Assembly: GCF_009834535.1 (NCBI RefSeq)
Contig: NC_045696.1
Location: forward strand, 103,976,001 to 104,040,000
Origin: Camelus ferus
Taxonomy: Eukaryota
Direction of reading: 5' to 3'
DNA length: 64,000 nt
Positions 1-12,797 of the stretch are shown here, piece by piece. The first letter of the stretch is position 1; each line of letters opens with the position of its first letter. Position numbers and translations under genes: made by a program. A model generated the notes under the pieces. The model did no database searches and was not told where the DNA came from. It worked only from the letters and a program-made list of their open reading frames with translations.

Positions 1-885
1 CAAACTAAGATTGAAAGCCAGAGGACTGTCCCACACATGCTTCCACCCCTCCACTGGCCACCCCAGGGCCTCAGGGAGATAAATATCTTGCAAAAGGTTA
101 AGGTCATTTCTTAGGTCCTTTCAAAAACACTGCACTCTTCCTAACACATGTATATTTTTAAAAACTGCAGTCCAGCCTCCCAGCGCCAGGGTGGTCTGTC
201 CTCTATTATTTATGTATGCATGACTCATCGTGCTTGCTACCAGCTGCAATCCCTTCTCCCCACCCCAGCAGGCTTATTATACTAGCCCCTTGCCCTCCCC
301 GAGCAACCGGGGAAGGCAAACTCATTTTACCATCTATCTGGGCAAAATCCAATTAGAAAGGCAAATCCAGAAGAACAGAACACAAAATAACCACATTAAA
401 TAAAAATAAGAGATGGCTTCAAATCTGACCAGCCAAAAAAAAAAAAAAAATCACAAAGAACTGAAATAGTTTACTGAATCATAGATCTCAATCTTCATTT
501 TTGTCCCCTAACTCTGACCCCCACTAAAAGATGTTTCTGAGGAAAAAAGAAAACAAACAAGCACTCAATGAACTCACACAAATCTTATTTAGAAATCGTA
601 AAAGGACAGCAAGGATTCTGGCTATTTCATCTTCAACAGTGCCTGAAACCTACTTACAAAAATTGGATGAATGGATGAGCGGACCAAGAGCCTGTCCCTC
701 TCATTTCACAATTAGGAGCCAAGAGGAGAGTGGGGTCATGGTGGGGTTTTCTTCAATCTCATGGCCGCTTGAGAGACAAAAAAAAAACTGGAGGTCAAGT
801 GCCAATGAGAGAAGTAGGGCCCAGCTAACACCCCAAACTCCCAGTTAGGACCCAAAACAGAAAAGATGGAAGCTAGAAAACAGTC

Positions 886-1370
886 TTAGAATGCTATACA
901 TTTCCTTTCATTCATTGCTTGAACTGCACCCCACAATGCTGATAGGTTGTTTTCATTTACATTTGGCTCAAAATACTTTCTAATTTCTCTTTGAGCCGTG
1001 GGGTATTTGATAGTGTGTTTAGTTTCTGAATATGTGGGGGAGCTGTCAGCTGTATTTCTGATATTCATTTCTGATTTTATTCCACTCTTGTCAGAGAACA
1101 CCATGATTTTGTTCTTTTTAAAGTTGTTGAGACTTATTTATGGTCCATAATATAGTCTAAGTTGATAAAGTCCTGTGTGCTCTGGAAAAGAATGTATACA
1201 TTTTGCTGTTGGTGGGTGGAGGGTCCTACAAATGTGAGTTAGGTCAATCTGGCTAATAGTGTTTTTCAGCTCTTTCAGATCCTCACTAATTTTCTTTCTT
1301 TTTTTTTCCTATCAATTATTGACTGAATGGTTGACATCTCCTTGATTATTTCTCCTTTGAGTTCTCAGCA
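886..1370 (-). mobile_element. Old L1 fragment (ORF2 endonuclease region), decayed
   Basis: T-rich segment resembling antisense L1 ORF2 5' part (e.g. gtcagagaacac...ttgttgagacttatttatggtcc...ctggaaaagaatgtatacattttgctgttggtgggtggag). No intact ORF. Confidence 0.8.
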
Positions 1371-1709
1371 TATTCTAACATGTCCTACAGGGAACAAGAA
1401 GCTAAACAGCCCTAACTCTTCCCTCCCTTGCCCCCTTCTCTCTATCCATCATATCTGGCTTCAACACCGCATTCCACTCCCTGGGATACTCCCTGGGTTG
1501 CAAAATGTTCCAAATCAGAGAAGTTGAGTTGAGCTATAGCCTGGAGTAGGGTGGGAAGCAGTTCTGGGACAACTGGGGTGCTCCCTGCTGTCCCGGAGAA
1601 CCAAAGGTGCGGTCAACCCAAGTCCCTTTGGAAGAGTGAGAGGCCAGCATAAGGGCAGTCTGGAGGGATGGGCAAAGAGTGGAGTGGTTGCAAGAAGCCT
1701 CCAAGCCCC

Positions 1710-1900
1710 ATTCATTCATTTCTCGAATGCCTAGGACATGCCCAGCACTGCACTGAGCACCTCGAAGACAACAGTGAATAATCACTACCTGAGCAGCTTC
1801 CAAGTCCTGTCTGGGGAGATGTAGGGTCAAACAAGCAACAGATCGCAGTGTGATCACTGTGGGTTCAGCAGGAAAAAAGTGTAATCCCGTTTCATGTAAA
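1710..1900 (-). mobile_element. L2 3' end fragment
   Basis: cattcattcatt...aatgcctaggacatgcccagcactgcactgagcac matches the antisense L2 3' terminus. Confidence 0.6.
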
Positions 1901-3071
1901 GGATAAAAATAATGGCTAGAGAGGTTAAGTGACATGCGGGGGTGACCCAGCAATTTGGGGGTTGAGGTTGTATAAAATTAAGGTCCAGGGTAGGTTTTCC
2001 TTGGCCCTGCCTATCTCATGCCTCGCATCAGTGCAGCCCTTCCACACAGATCAAGGACCCCCCTCACAGGTCAGAACTTTCCAGGGTGCATGTCATGACA
2101 TCATGAATCTTCAGCAGGGTCCACTGTGCAGGTCCTAGGTTCCTAAGCAGGGTCTGAACCACCCTGAGGTGGAGCCCACTGGGCTCCTGCTACCTCACGT
2201 GGCTGTGAGTAGTCCCTGTGATGGCCTGTGAGTTTCTGAGATGGTGATGGCTCTGAATCCCTCAGAGTGGCCTGCACATGCGATCAATAAATGTCTGCTG
2301 GTCAAGTCCCTGTTAATGAATGGCGACGAGTTCATCAGTAAATATTGATGGATCTGAGACTCCTGCTCACTCTGGACAACAAGCCAGGGCTTTTGCCAAA
2401 GGAGGCAGAAAAGAATCCCCTATAAGCTGCATCTGTTCCAGTCTCTTACATGGACAAATCTGTAATTGATTCAAGGGAGTGCATGTGTGTGTGTTGGGGG
2501 GGGGGGGTTCGCTCTGTTGTCATGGTGACTCTGAAAAAAAATTCTTTAACAGCATCCCAGACATCAAGACTCTGAAGTAATGGCCCTTTTAAAATTGAAT
2601 CATATTAATAAGATCTACCCGATTGAACAATGTCTTTCTTTTTTTTTTTTATTAGATGCATTATTAACTTGGCTAGCAGCAAGGCCTCATAAATGCAAAG
2701 TGCCCATTCAAGAAGAACACCACTTCCAGGATGGAATAAATAAGGATGCAACTCATTAATTCCAGAGATCCTGGGGGATAAGGAATAAACTCTCTGTGAA
2801 TGGTGATCTTTGGGTTATAAATTTTGAAAGGCCTGGGTTGTGTGTGGGTCACTTCTCTTGAGTGAATCCTCAAAACCCTGCCCAAAAGGCAAGCAGACCA
2901 GGCTGATCAAAAAGCATCAGAGGGAAGCTGGGAAAAGAACAAGTAAGTTTCACAGAAATTCTACATTGTACAAGAAAGGAGTGGGAAGAATCTTAAATCT
3001 TACAGCTCTCCTGCCCAGTGTCACTTTTTAACTTTGAATTTAGCAATATTTGCTGTTCATTGAACAAAAAA

Positions 3072-3642
3072 TGTGGCAGATGGACTATAAAATGCCCCTC
3101 AGGGAACCCCACCTCCTGGTATTCACACCTCATGTAATCTCCTCACCTTGAGTGAGACAAGACTTGTGACTTGCTTCTAACTAATAGAATATGGCAAAGG
3201 AGATGAGATGACACTTCTGTGATTACGTTGCAGAAAACGTAACTTCTGTCCTGTTAGCTGACTCTCTCCCTCACTGGCTTTGATGAAGCAAGACGTCATT
3301 TGGTGAGCTAGGCTATGGAGAGACCCCCTAGCAACTGAGGATAGGCTCCAGCCAACAGCCAGAAAGGAACTGAGGCCCTCATTCCAACAACCCACAAGGA
3401 ACTGAATCCTGCCAACAACCACGTGAACTTGGAACTAGATTCTTCCCCAATTATGCCTTCAGATGAGACTCAACCCCCGGCCAGCTCCTGGTTTGCAGCC
3501 TCATGAGAAATCCTGGGTCAGAAGACTCAGCTAAGCCATGCCTGGATTCTTGACTCACACAAACACTGAGATAATAAATGCGTGTTATTTTAAGGCACTA
3601 CCTTTGTGATGCATTGTTACACAGCAATACATAACTAACACA
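3072..3642 (+). mobile_element. MaLR solo LTR (MLT1F/E-like)
   Basis: Starts TGTGG and ends ...ataactaacaCA. Contains MLT1 hallmarks gtgacttgcttctaactaatagaatatggcaaagg, aaggaactgaatcctgccaacaaccac and gataataaatgcgtgttattttaag. Confidence 0.9.
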
Positions 3643-4125
3643 AGCACCCACTGATGTGCTAAGTGCCATGGACACACTAGTGGACAAAACAGACAGTTCA
3701 CTGCCTTCATGGACATTTCTTTCCAGTTGAGGAGATGGGCAATAAGTAAATTAATAAATTATTGCCATGAAGAAAAGGAAATTAAGGCAAGGGAACACAG
3801 GAGGAGGTGGATGGTATTTTATGAAGGATTGATGAGTAAGGTTCTCTGTGAGAAGGGAGCATTTGAGCAGAGAACTGAAGAAATGGGCAGAAGGAGGAGC
3901 ATTCCAGGCAGAGTAGGACTAGGAAGTCCAAAGATCCTGGGGTAGGATCAAGCTTGGCAGGTTGAACCCCAGTTAGTGGAGGGAGTGGAGAGTTGAGCTC
4001 AGAGAGTTAGTGGGGTCAGATCACAGATGGTCCTGTAGGCCATAGGGAGGGCTTTGCTTACATTCACCATGTGAAAGGACGTGCCTGAGCCATCTGAGCA
4101 GGTAAGTGACATCATCTGACCTGTG
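3643..4125 (-). mobile_element. L2 3' region, interrupted near its tail by the MLT1 LTR
   Basis: agcacccactgatgtgct...ggacaaaacagacagttcactgccttcatggac...gagcatttgagcagagaactgaag is antisense L2. A tail remnant ttcattgaacaaa lies at ~3055-3071, left of the LTR. Confidence 0.75.
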
Positions 4126-4984
4126 AGTGAGCATCTATCTGGAAGGATGACTCTCTTCTAATAGTCACAACATGAACTTCCCAGAAGCTACACAGGACCT
4201 GGAGAGTGACAAAGAGCCTCTCATCTATTTTTTGTCAGGGATTCTCCCAGAAACCCTGTGGAGCAGATGGCACAGGTGCAGAAATCCCTCCCCAACTTTG
4301 CATCCCTCTAATTCAAAAGGCTGGTCTATGTGCTTGGACTCCTGAGTCCTTTTCCCACACTCAGGAGCCCCATTAGAACGGAGGCAGGACAAATGGTGAG
4401 TCGCTCCAGTCATGACCTGGGGGCCCTGGTCATGTCAGAAAGACAGATGAAAACAGTGCATTTCAGATGCACAGTATTTGCAGGAAGGCAAGTAGATGTA
4501 CAGGAATCTTTTTTTGTCAATTTATAGGTCTCTTTTTGAAATTTAAGAGAAGGAAGGATTCTGAAAATACTTCTTGTAAATTAATTATATAGGACACATT
4601 ATTGCTAATCTAAAATGTTTCAGATTCCATTAAGATGGTGGTTTGTTTTGTTTTGTTTTGTGTTTTGACTGGTACTCTAGCATATTCTTTCAGAGGCTAT
4701 ATAAATATATCAGAAGTTTTTATATTTACATTTATTATTACTCCCTTAATCTTACTTTTTGTAAGGTTTGAGTTCCACACACACAATATTTTGTTAGGTA
4801 AACATAAACCTCGGGTTTCAAAGAGAAATCTGTATTATCCTTGAAGTTAAAGGGATTAAGTAAAGGGCCTCTATGTTTTCTTAGTGGGTCCCGCTGGCTT
4901 GGGCCACAGCAGAGGGGGAAAGCAGCAAACCTAACCATATTGGAAAACAGGTGACTAAAACCTCACCCTGTCCTCAATCCACCC

Positions 4985-5172
4985 CTTATCCATCCATTAA
5001 TCCACCCAACCCATCTATCCACTCAACATCCAATCACTCAACCATCCATCCATCTATGCATCCACTCACTCATTCATTCAGCCACTCATTCATCCATTTA
5101 TCCATCCATTCATTTATTTATTCATCATTCCATCCATCCATCCATCCATCCATCCATCCATCCATCCATCCA
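4985..5172. repeat. (TCCA)n/(TTCA)n microsatellite
   Basis: Degenerate TCCA/TTCA array with a nearly pure (CATC)n run at ~5130-5172. Confidence 0.95.
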
Positions 5173-6319
5173 TTGAGCACCAGAGCCAGATGTTGTAATG
5201 GAAAACTGGAGACGAGGCAGACATGGCCTCTGTCTTCATAACATCTAATCTTTGTTCTCTGCACAAAGTTGGGTACCTTTCTGCAAGCACCAAGTCCTCC
5301 ACTGCTCTTGAGTTCTCATTTATGCAATCACACGTCTCAGTCTCACTGGGGGATGTCCAAGTAAACGTTGCTATCCAGTTCTGGGGACCAGAATCCAAGA
5401 GATTCCCTCAAATAATTCTCTGAGATGGTTAGGGTCAGAATGGACAATCAAAGGTCTCAGACTGGTCCAAAGTCCTTCTGGTGCCTAATTCACAGGAAGC
5501 TCTTCTAGGTACCAACACTAACAGCACAAAGCCTTCTGAAACAAATATTCAAATGTGCTGAATAATTACTACATGCTGGTACAATTGATTAGTATGTTCT
5601 TATTTTCAAAAATTACATGGTTCTTTCTAGGTCCTGCTCTTCTACTGCCTCTGCCATAAAATTTTGATGTGTTCCGCAAGGTCAACAACTCAGCCTTCCC
5701 CTTCATGTACCCTGAATGATCTCATCCACTTCTTTGACCAGATCTGAATTCTGGTCCAGCTAGATTTCCTAAGCTCTTGCCTTTTGTGTCTATTTTCCTG
5801 TTGGACTCACATGCCCCAAAGGTGATGGAAACTCAGTGTGTCCTAAACCAAACCCTTATGGTGTGTACAACAGCAAGATCCCAGAACCCTAAAATCTGAT
5901 GAATGAAACCCACAGGGATGTCTCCTGGGCTGACCAGAGTAGCACAGAGAGACTACAGCTAATTCAGGGTCATGAACCCAGCTCAAAAAGCAGGCAACAG
6001 AGAGAGGGTGGGTGGCAGAGAAAACTAGGGGTTCAGGGAGAAAACTGTGTTATTGTTCAAGGAGGTGAGACCTGGATAGAGGGATCCTGGGCAGACCTGC
6101 CACAGAGAGGGACCTTGGCCGTGGGATGGGAGATTATTTAAGGACTCTGGTTCAGGGTCCATGCTTCCTAAGCAGCTGAATGATTAAAACATTACCTTCT
6201 TAGCACACTGACACCTTCAGAAACTTCCTGACTCCAGATCAGGATCCCACTGCTGTGAATATACCCCCTTCCGGGGGAAGGGGTACATCAGTCTCCTGTG
6301 AGTGTGGTTAGTGTGAGCC

Positions 6320-6610
6320 AGATGCTGAAAGACATACAGTGAATGAAAAAAGTCAGACACAAAAGGCTCCACAGTCCAACATTGCATCCATAGGAAGTTC
6401 AAGAACAGGCAAAAGTAACAGTCATAGAGGTCAGAGTGGAGGTGACCTCAGGGAGGGGATACTGACTGAGCAGGGACACAAAGGAACCATCTGGGGGCTG
6501 GATACACACTTCATCATGATCTGGGTGGTGGCTACATGAATGTATTCATACGTGAAAATTAATTGGCTGTACATTGAAAAATACTGCACTTTTGGCAATT
6601 TATTTCAAGA
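6320..6610 (+). mobile_element. L1M (ME/MD-type) 3' UTR fragment
   Basis: gaatgaaaaaagtcagacacaaaagg...aggaagttcaagaacaggcaaaa...gatctgggtggtggctacatgaatgtattcat is typical of old L1 3' ends. Confidence 0.8.
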
Positions 6611-6736
6611 CACACTTTTTCAACACCAAAAAAGAAACAAAAGGAAGGAAAAATTGTAAAGAATGTACTTGGTCCCGAGCAGGGTATTACTCGAATCCAG
6701 GGAGAACAAGTCTGTTTAATCTCTCATACACACTCT

Positions 6737-6953
6737 GATCAAGCTACATTTTTCTTAAGGGGCAGACAGTAAACATTGTAGGTTTTCTGGGCTATAGCAG
6801 CTGTCACAGGTACACACTCTCACCCTTGTAGCAGGAAAGCAGTCACAGCCAGTGAGTAGATGAGCAGGTGTGGCCGTGCTCCAATAAAGCCTTACTTACA
6901 GAAATGAGCAGTGGGTCAGATTGGCCTGTGGGGCTGTAGTTTGCCGAACCCCG
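6737..6953 (+). mobile_element. MER58A-like hAT-Charlie MITE
   Basis: Matches recalled MER58A: gggcagacagtaaacattgtaggttttctgggc...gtgtggccgtgctccaataaagccttacttacagaaa...gctgtagtttgccgaacccc. Confidence 0.85.
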
Positions 6954-8269
6954 ATTGAATCCGTGGGCAATGACTCTTTCGGAAAACTGTGTTGAGGACT
7001 TCGAGGTCCCTTCAGGGTTCACCTAAGAAGAGTGCGATGATCCATTAGTTACGCCTGTCTTAGGAGAGGACAGAGCAGTCAGGCAGTCACATGGCAGTGG
7101 GGAACGGCCAGGTCCTCAAACTGAGCCCTTGGGAACCCTTGTTTCATAGAAAACACACCCCTTGGTCCTTCCCCAATTACTGAAGGCTTCCTCCACCACC
7201 TGCCTTCACTCTCTAGCCCCCTGTTTCCCCTGCGGGTTTCCACCAAGTTGGGGGACTCACCTCCTCCATGCCTTATACCCCAGGTCTCCCCACTCCTCCT
7301 CCTGCTGCTCCCAAAACACCTGGTATGAAATCCCCTCTTCTTTGGGGTTTGGCCCACAACCATGTCACCCTCTGCCCCTGCTCAGGGCTGAATAGTGAAG
7401 CCCTCCGGGCTGCCTACTTCCTCATCCCAGGTACTGTCAACAGCCCCAGGATTCCAGTGCCTACAGGGCTGACCTGCCCAATATCCTAGCGTCTTCCATG
7501 ACCTTTGCCTGCTCCTCCCTGAGCCACCCATTCCCACAGTCACATCCAGGCCTCCCCATCACGTAGCCTTAGCCCCCTTCCATACGCGCAGCCTGAAACA
7601 ACCTGTTACACTCTCTAACCCTCTAACCCCAGCCCCCATCCATCCCTCCCCCATTCTTGCTGCACCTGCCCCTCACCTCAGCAAGGTCTGCAGGCTTCTC
7701 CCTCTCAGCCACTCCAGGCTTCACTGCTATTCACACAGCTTTCCACCCTCTCGTGGTAACTTCCACCTCCTTGCCCCTCTGTCAAGCCATCTTATCCAAT
7801 GCCCCCAAATCCCCAGTTCCAAAGGAATCCAGTTGTCTGCTCCTCTGTGCTCATCTCCACCTGGCTGAGAGCTGCTGAAGAACATCCTGCTGTCTCCAGC
7901 TGCAGAATATAACCTCATGGACACAACTCAGCTGGGTCCACGGTGACGCAGGAATTCTCTTCCCAAAGTGCCACGGCAGATCTCTGTGGACATCTCCAAG
8001 CTCCAGCCCTGCCCCTCCCTCGTACTCTCAACAGATGACTTTGCCCCCACTTCTTAGAAGGTGGGGGGGGGGTGTCTTTCAGCATCCTGCCAGCACACCC
8101 TCAGGTGTTAACCCCCTTCCCACATTCACCCTGAGCGTCCCCACGTCCCTTCTGGTCCTCTGTGCCTGCCTCAGGGGGCCTCTTAGACTTGCTCCCACCC
8201 CCATTGCTGCCTGCCTGCCTCTCCCTACTCCATGCCTGCCCTTTTTCAACGTCCACAGAAGACCACTTT

Positions 8270-8725
8270 TGGGAGGAACACTTTTCCTCTTCCAACTTGT
8301 ATCCTGTGATTGGGGGCCTGCAAATTAATTGAGAAAAGACAGACCAACAGGAAAAAAGACAAGGTTTAGTTTCACCCACAGAAGCAGATGCTCCCAACAA
8401 TGGAGAAACTCACAAAAGAGTTCAAAGTAAACGTTTATAAATATACATCAATTTAACAAAAGGGAGATGGTGAGGGCTTCAGTGGGAGAGTATGGAACAT
8501 TCTACTGGGCTTTTTGATGCCATGGGGAATAGGCAGTCTGTCTCCTTGGCAGCTGAATTTGTAAGAAACCCCACTGGAGGGGGTTTAAGGCAGCAGTATT
8601 TGGGAGAAGCTCTGTTTCGGTCAGATAAAGTTTCTTTCTGCATCTTCTGTAGCTCAAACATTTTCAATATAAAATAATCTGTATACCAATTCTGGGGGTC
8701 TGAGAGGGTTGCCCCACCACTCACT
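8270..8725 (-). mobile_element. ERV1-class LTR (MER34/MER39-like)
   Basis: ctgcatcttctgtagctcaaacattttcaatataaaataatctgtataccaattctggggg and gcctgcaaattaattgagaaaagacagaccaacagg resemble antisense MER34-group LTRs. No clear TSD. Confidence 0.55.
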
Positions 8726-9969
8726 CAAAGCACCGTGGTGTTGGCAGAGTTTACTGATCATTCTGGAGACCAATGGAGTTTACATCACACAAAGGCAAAC
8801 AACCTGAATTGAACTTGAGAATTTCCTGTTGGTAAAATTCCCTCAGGCACGTTTGCCAACTAGAGCCCATCTCGCATGCACAGCTCTGCCTCGCCCTCTG
8901 CTTCGTTTGTATTCACAGCCCAGCAACCCCAACATCCCCCCACTTCTTTTTCAGATTACTGTAACCCTCTCCAGCCTCCACACCTACATCATCCCAGGCC
9001 CCCCTTTATATGGCCAAAGACGCCAGATATTCAGCTCCACCATGGGCACCTACTGTGAGTCCTGCAGTGGCCCAGTCTCTGCCAGGGGGAGGGGGAGTCA
9101 AGAAATTCCTTTTCCCTCTGACCCTCCGGTATGAGAAGGTGGCGGTGGGGAAGGAGCCACAGCCAGTTTTGATTTTTAAAACCACTCCTAAAAAACAACA
9201 ACACAAAACTCTTTTCCCTGTAACATCTGTCTCCCACGCCCGCCCCCTCCCCCTGTCCGCCCCATCTCAATGGAAGATGTGCTTCCTCTTCCGAGAATCA
9301 CACCTCCTGAGCCTGCAGGCCTCACCTCTCCTGCCCTCTCATTCTTCTGTTTTTCTCCTCTTTCTCTGGGTTTTAACCACTGTCTCCTTTGGCTTCTTTC
9401 CATCTGGATTTAAATATGCTCAATTCTCTTTTAGGCTTCAGGGGAGTAAAAAACAAAAACAAACCCATTTCAAGTCTCATCTTCCATCTCCAGCTGCTCC
9501 CTACCTTTCCCCTCTTGTTCTCAGCCAAGGTCTGCAAAGGTCTTCTCCGCTCACGGCCCAGGCACCCCCAGTCCCAGCTCTCCCAGCGGGCCTCCGCTGT
9601 CTCCACTCCACCGAAACCTGCTCTGTTTACAGTTTACACCGCAGGCGACCTCTCTGCGGTGAAACAGCAGCCGCCTGGCAGCCCCACGCCTAGGTCTCCC
9701 CGCAGCGTTCCAAGCTGGAAACACGCCCTCTTCTCCAGACCGGGTTCCTCGGGCTCTAGGACCTCACCCTCGCCCCACCGGCTTCCCTCCTGCATCTCAG
9801 CTCCGGCTGCTCCTCCCTGCGCTCCTCCTCTGCCCGCCTCCTAATTGGTGGTCCCGCGGGATGCTTCAGGCATCTTCTCACTGTGTACTGAGCGAGGCTG
9901 GTGTTGATAACCATCATTTCTCAAGCCACGCCTCTCCCTGGAAAATTCTGGCATCTCAGGGGTGATGAT

Positions 9970-10486
9970 TATAGCAGGGACTGCTGGTAGCATCTATTCT
10001 CCCCTTTTTACCTAGTGACAGATCCCCGATATTTAACGGGGTACGTGGTTGTCCACAATAAAGAGAAGTTTCCCAACCTCCTTTGCATGTGGCTGTGGCC
10101 ATGTGACCTGGTTCTGTCCAGTCGATGTGACCGTGTCACGGGGGACTTCTGAGAAGACTACTTAAAAGAAGCACACTGCACTTGGGGTCACCCCCCATCT
10201 CACTTTCCCCCTTCCTCCTTTTCACTGACTGGAAGGAGATGTAATGCCTGTCTCCACTGCCATCTTGGATCAGGAGGTGATTTTAAGGATGGCGGGCCCA
10301 TGTGGTAGACCAAAACGATGAGTGCGGTCTGGATCCTGGATAACTTGGTGGAGCTTCTACATCGGCCTGGATGCCCATCCGGACCTCTTTCATGGGAGAA
10401 GAAAAACACACAAAACTGAACATTGCAGTATGTTTAAACCACTTTTGGATTTGTTGAGTTTGGGAGTCAACAGGAATCCTGACACA
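9970..10486 (+). mobile_element. MaLR LTR (MLT1J-like)
   Basis: atctattctcccc...gtgacagatccccgat...tttcccaacctcctttgcatgtggctgtggccatgtgacctggttctgtcca matches recalled MLT1J. Confidence 0.8.
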
Positions 10487-11199
10487 TCTCTCCTCCTCCT
10501 GCTCATTAAGAAGTTGATGATCTCCCATCTCAAACCTGCTCCTCCTCCTGTGTGTCCTACCAGTAAAAAGTACCATCCCTCCCTCTCCGTCCCCTTCCTG
10601 ACTCACCCCTTGTCCAGACCAGAAACGGGAGTGTCACGTTCATTTCCCTCCCATCTCCGTACACCCACCCAGTGATCACATCCTGTCATTCGTCCCTCTT
10701 CACTGCGTCTCAGGATGCACACTGCCCCTAGGTCCTGGTTCAGGCCACGGAAAATGATCACTCCACAACTACCCATAGACCTTGGGGTCCCAGGGTGCTG
10801 GGAAATTGCTAAATGCAGGCAGTGATCCTGGGAGCTAAGCCTGGCCTGCCTGAGACAAAAGGGGAGACAGGGAGGTGAGGGTGCCTGCGGGTGGGTGGAT
10901 GGAGGAAGAGCAACCGAAGGTTCATGAGGCCCCAGGGACAAGCCCCATCTATCCTACTTTTCCTTCCGGGGCCAGCCAGCTGGGATGGTGTCACAGGCAA
11001 GGGAAGAGGCAGGCCAAATCTCAACATGCGCTTGTTAGAGCTGCTGCAGCAGGAGCTCCCTGGGGACTTTCCTCTTTTCTCCCAAAGTAACATCCAGCTA
11101 CTTCTTGGGGAGACTTAATTATCAACTCACAGGCTGCATGCGTGAAGAGTAGGTAAGGGCAGTCAGGGCTCCCAGGTATCCCAGGTTTAATCTTCCACC

Positions 11200-11395
11200 T
11201 GCTAAGTACCTTCTACATGCCTGGCACCGTGCTGGGAGCCTCCATCATCCTTTGGGAGAGTTTTTGACGCCTATTTTGTAGGTGGGACACTGGGACTCAG
11301 AGTGGTGACGTGACTTGCTCAGGGTAGCACAGCTCAAAAGGAGTGAGCCTGAGACTGGTCCTGGGGCTGTCTGACTCCAAATCCCTGCTCTGTCC
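11200..11395 (-). mobile_element. MIR SINE
   Basis: cctattttgtaggtgggacactgggactcagagtggtgacgtgacttgctcagggtagcacagc is the MIR core. Confidence 0.8.
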
Positions 11396-12489
11396 CTGCT
11401 CACCAATTATCCTAAACCTGAATAAGGATCTCCATCACCTGCAGAGCTATTAAGGATTCTGAGTCTAGGGCCAAACCCCAGAGAAGTCTGTTTCAGCTGT
11501 TTGGAGTTTGCATTTTCACAGGGGCTCCAGGTCTCCCAGGTGATCCTGACTGTCCTCAGCTGGCCTAGGACCGGCCCTGCACCAGGTCTCGCTGCCTCGT
11601 GGTGATAGAAGCTGCCACTTCCCCCGGAGCAGCAGGGAGGGGGAGCCGCTTGGTTGGCCTTGAGGAGGCAGCTGCAGCCCTGCACAGGGGTCTGGCCAAG
11701 TGTGAAAGGACTGTACTCAGCAGGCAGCCCAGCAGAGGCTGCTGAAAAGTGCAGGTGCCAGAAGACAGCTGTGTCCCTCTGCTATTCCTTCCCAATACCA
11801 GGTTCAGGGATTGTTGCTTTGAATTTTTTGTGCATTTGACCAAATCTAGTTGTTCTTCTTCCCATCCCCTCTATGTAGAGATGCCAAGTTAAGCTGCTGT
11901 GCACAGCATCTGCACATGCCAGCCCCTATTTGAACGTTTCCATGGCCTCTTCCCCATCCAGAGGGTCCAGGTGAAGCTCCTGACCCCAAGGTGGTCTGAC
12001 CTTATCTCCTACACCTGCCTTCTCTCTGGTTGGTCTCCTTCACGAAGATGCGGGGTGGGGGTGGGGGCTTTGCTCTGCTTCCCCATTCTCCCCTTCCCTG
12101 ATTTGGAATACTCCCTAGAGCTCTTCTTCACTCTTCAGATCCCATCCCAGCTTAAATATCCCCTCCTCCAGGGAGCCCTCCAAGATTAACCTGGCCCATA
12201 ATCCTTCCTGGAACACTTGCTCTTATGTATATCTTGGGTTCTGCTGTGTCTTGTGACTGCCACACATCTGTGTCCTAACAACACAAGCAGAGGTCACATT
12301 TCAAGGTCATCAGTCAGTCCTCAAAGTCTTCTTGATTTTGTTTCCCTCACTCCCCAGCTGTGCTCCATACCCTGGATTTTCCTAACAATCTCCTTTTCCA
12401 TTCTTCCCCTGTCCTCAAAACTGCCCTGCCCTGTGGCCCTTTACTCTGCCATAAAACCAGTAAGCCAGTTTGATTAATTTAGCCAAGCT

Positions 12490-12690
12490 ATTTATGCACG
12501 TCTGCCCTTTGCTAGGTGTTTTGCCTCAGTTATCTTACTCATCACAAAACTCCTTGAGGTAGGTGTACTACCCATTTTACTGATGCGGAAACTAACATTC
12601 AGGAAAGCTAAGCTGTGCCCATGGTCCCGCAGCCAGTGAGCGATGGAGCCGGGGAGTGACAAGGCAGGGCCCTTTCGATCATTTCCTTAG
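12490..12690 (-). mobile_element. MIR SINE
   Basis: cccattttactgatgcggaaactaac...ctgtgcccatggtcccgcagccagtgagcgatggagccggg is the MIR core. Confidence 0.75.
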
Positions 12691-12726
12691 CACAAATTCC
12701 TTTCCTGCTCTGAGTGTTAACAACAG

Positions 12727-12741
12727 CCGCTAGATGGCGGC
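12727..12741 (+). promoter_or_regulatory. CTCF core motif (candidate)
   Basis: CCGCTAGATGGCGGC, a close match to the CTCF core. Confidence 0.65.
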
Positions 12742-12797
12742 GCAAGGCAGTGGCGAGCCAGGCTGGCCTGGCGGAAACGTAGGTGGTACGCTGAACC

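Larger units (their letters stand above)
7330..10760 (+). mobile_element. Long fragmented L2 (ORF2/RT region), interrupted by LTR insertions
   Basis: C/T-rich L2-like pieces at ~7330-8260, ~9220-9950 and ~10490-10760. ctccactccaccgaaacctgctc (9601-9623) encodes LHSTET, resembling the L2/CR1 RT motif 'GFRxxHSTETAL'. Confidence 0.65.

Noticed and set aside
9010..9693. 227-aa ORF
   Set aside because: Runs through decayed L2. Only the HSTET remnant is recognisable and the RT frame is broken.
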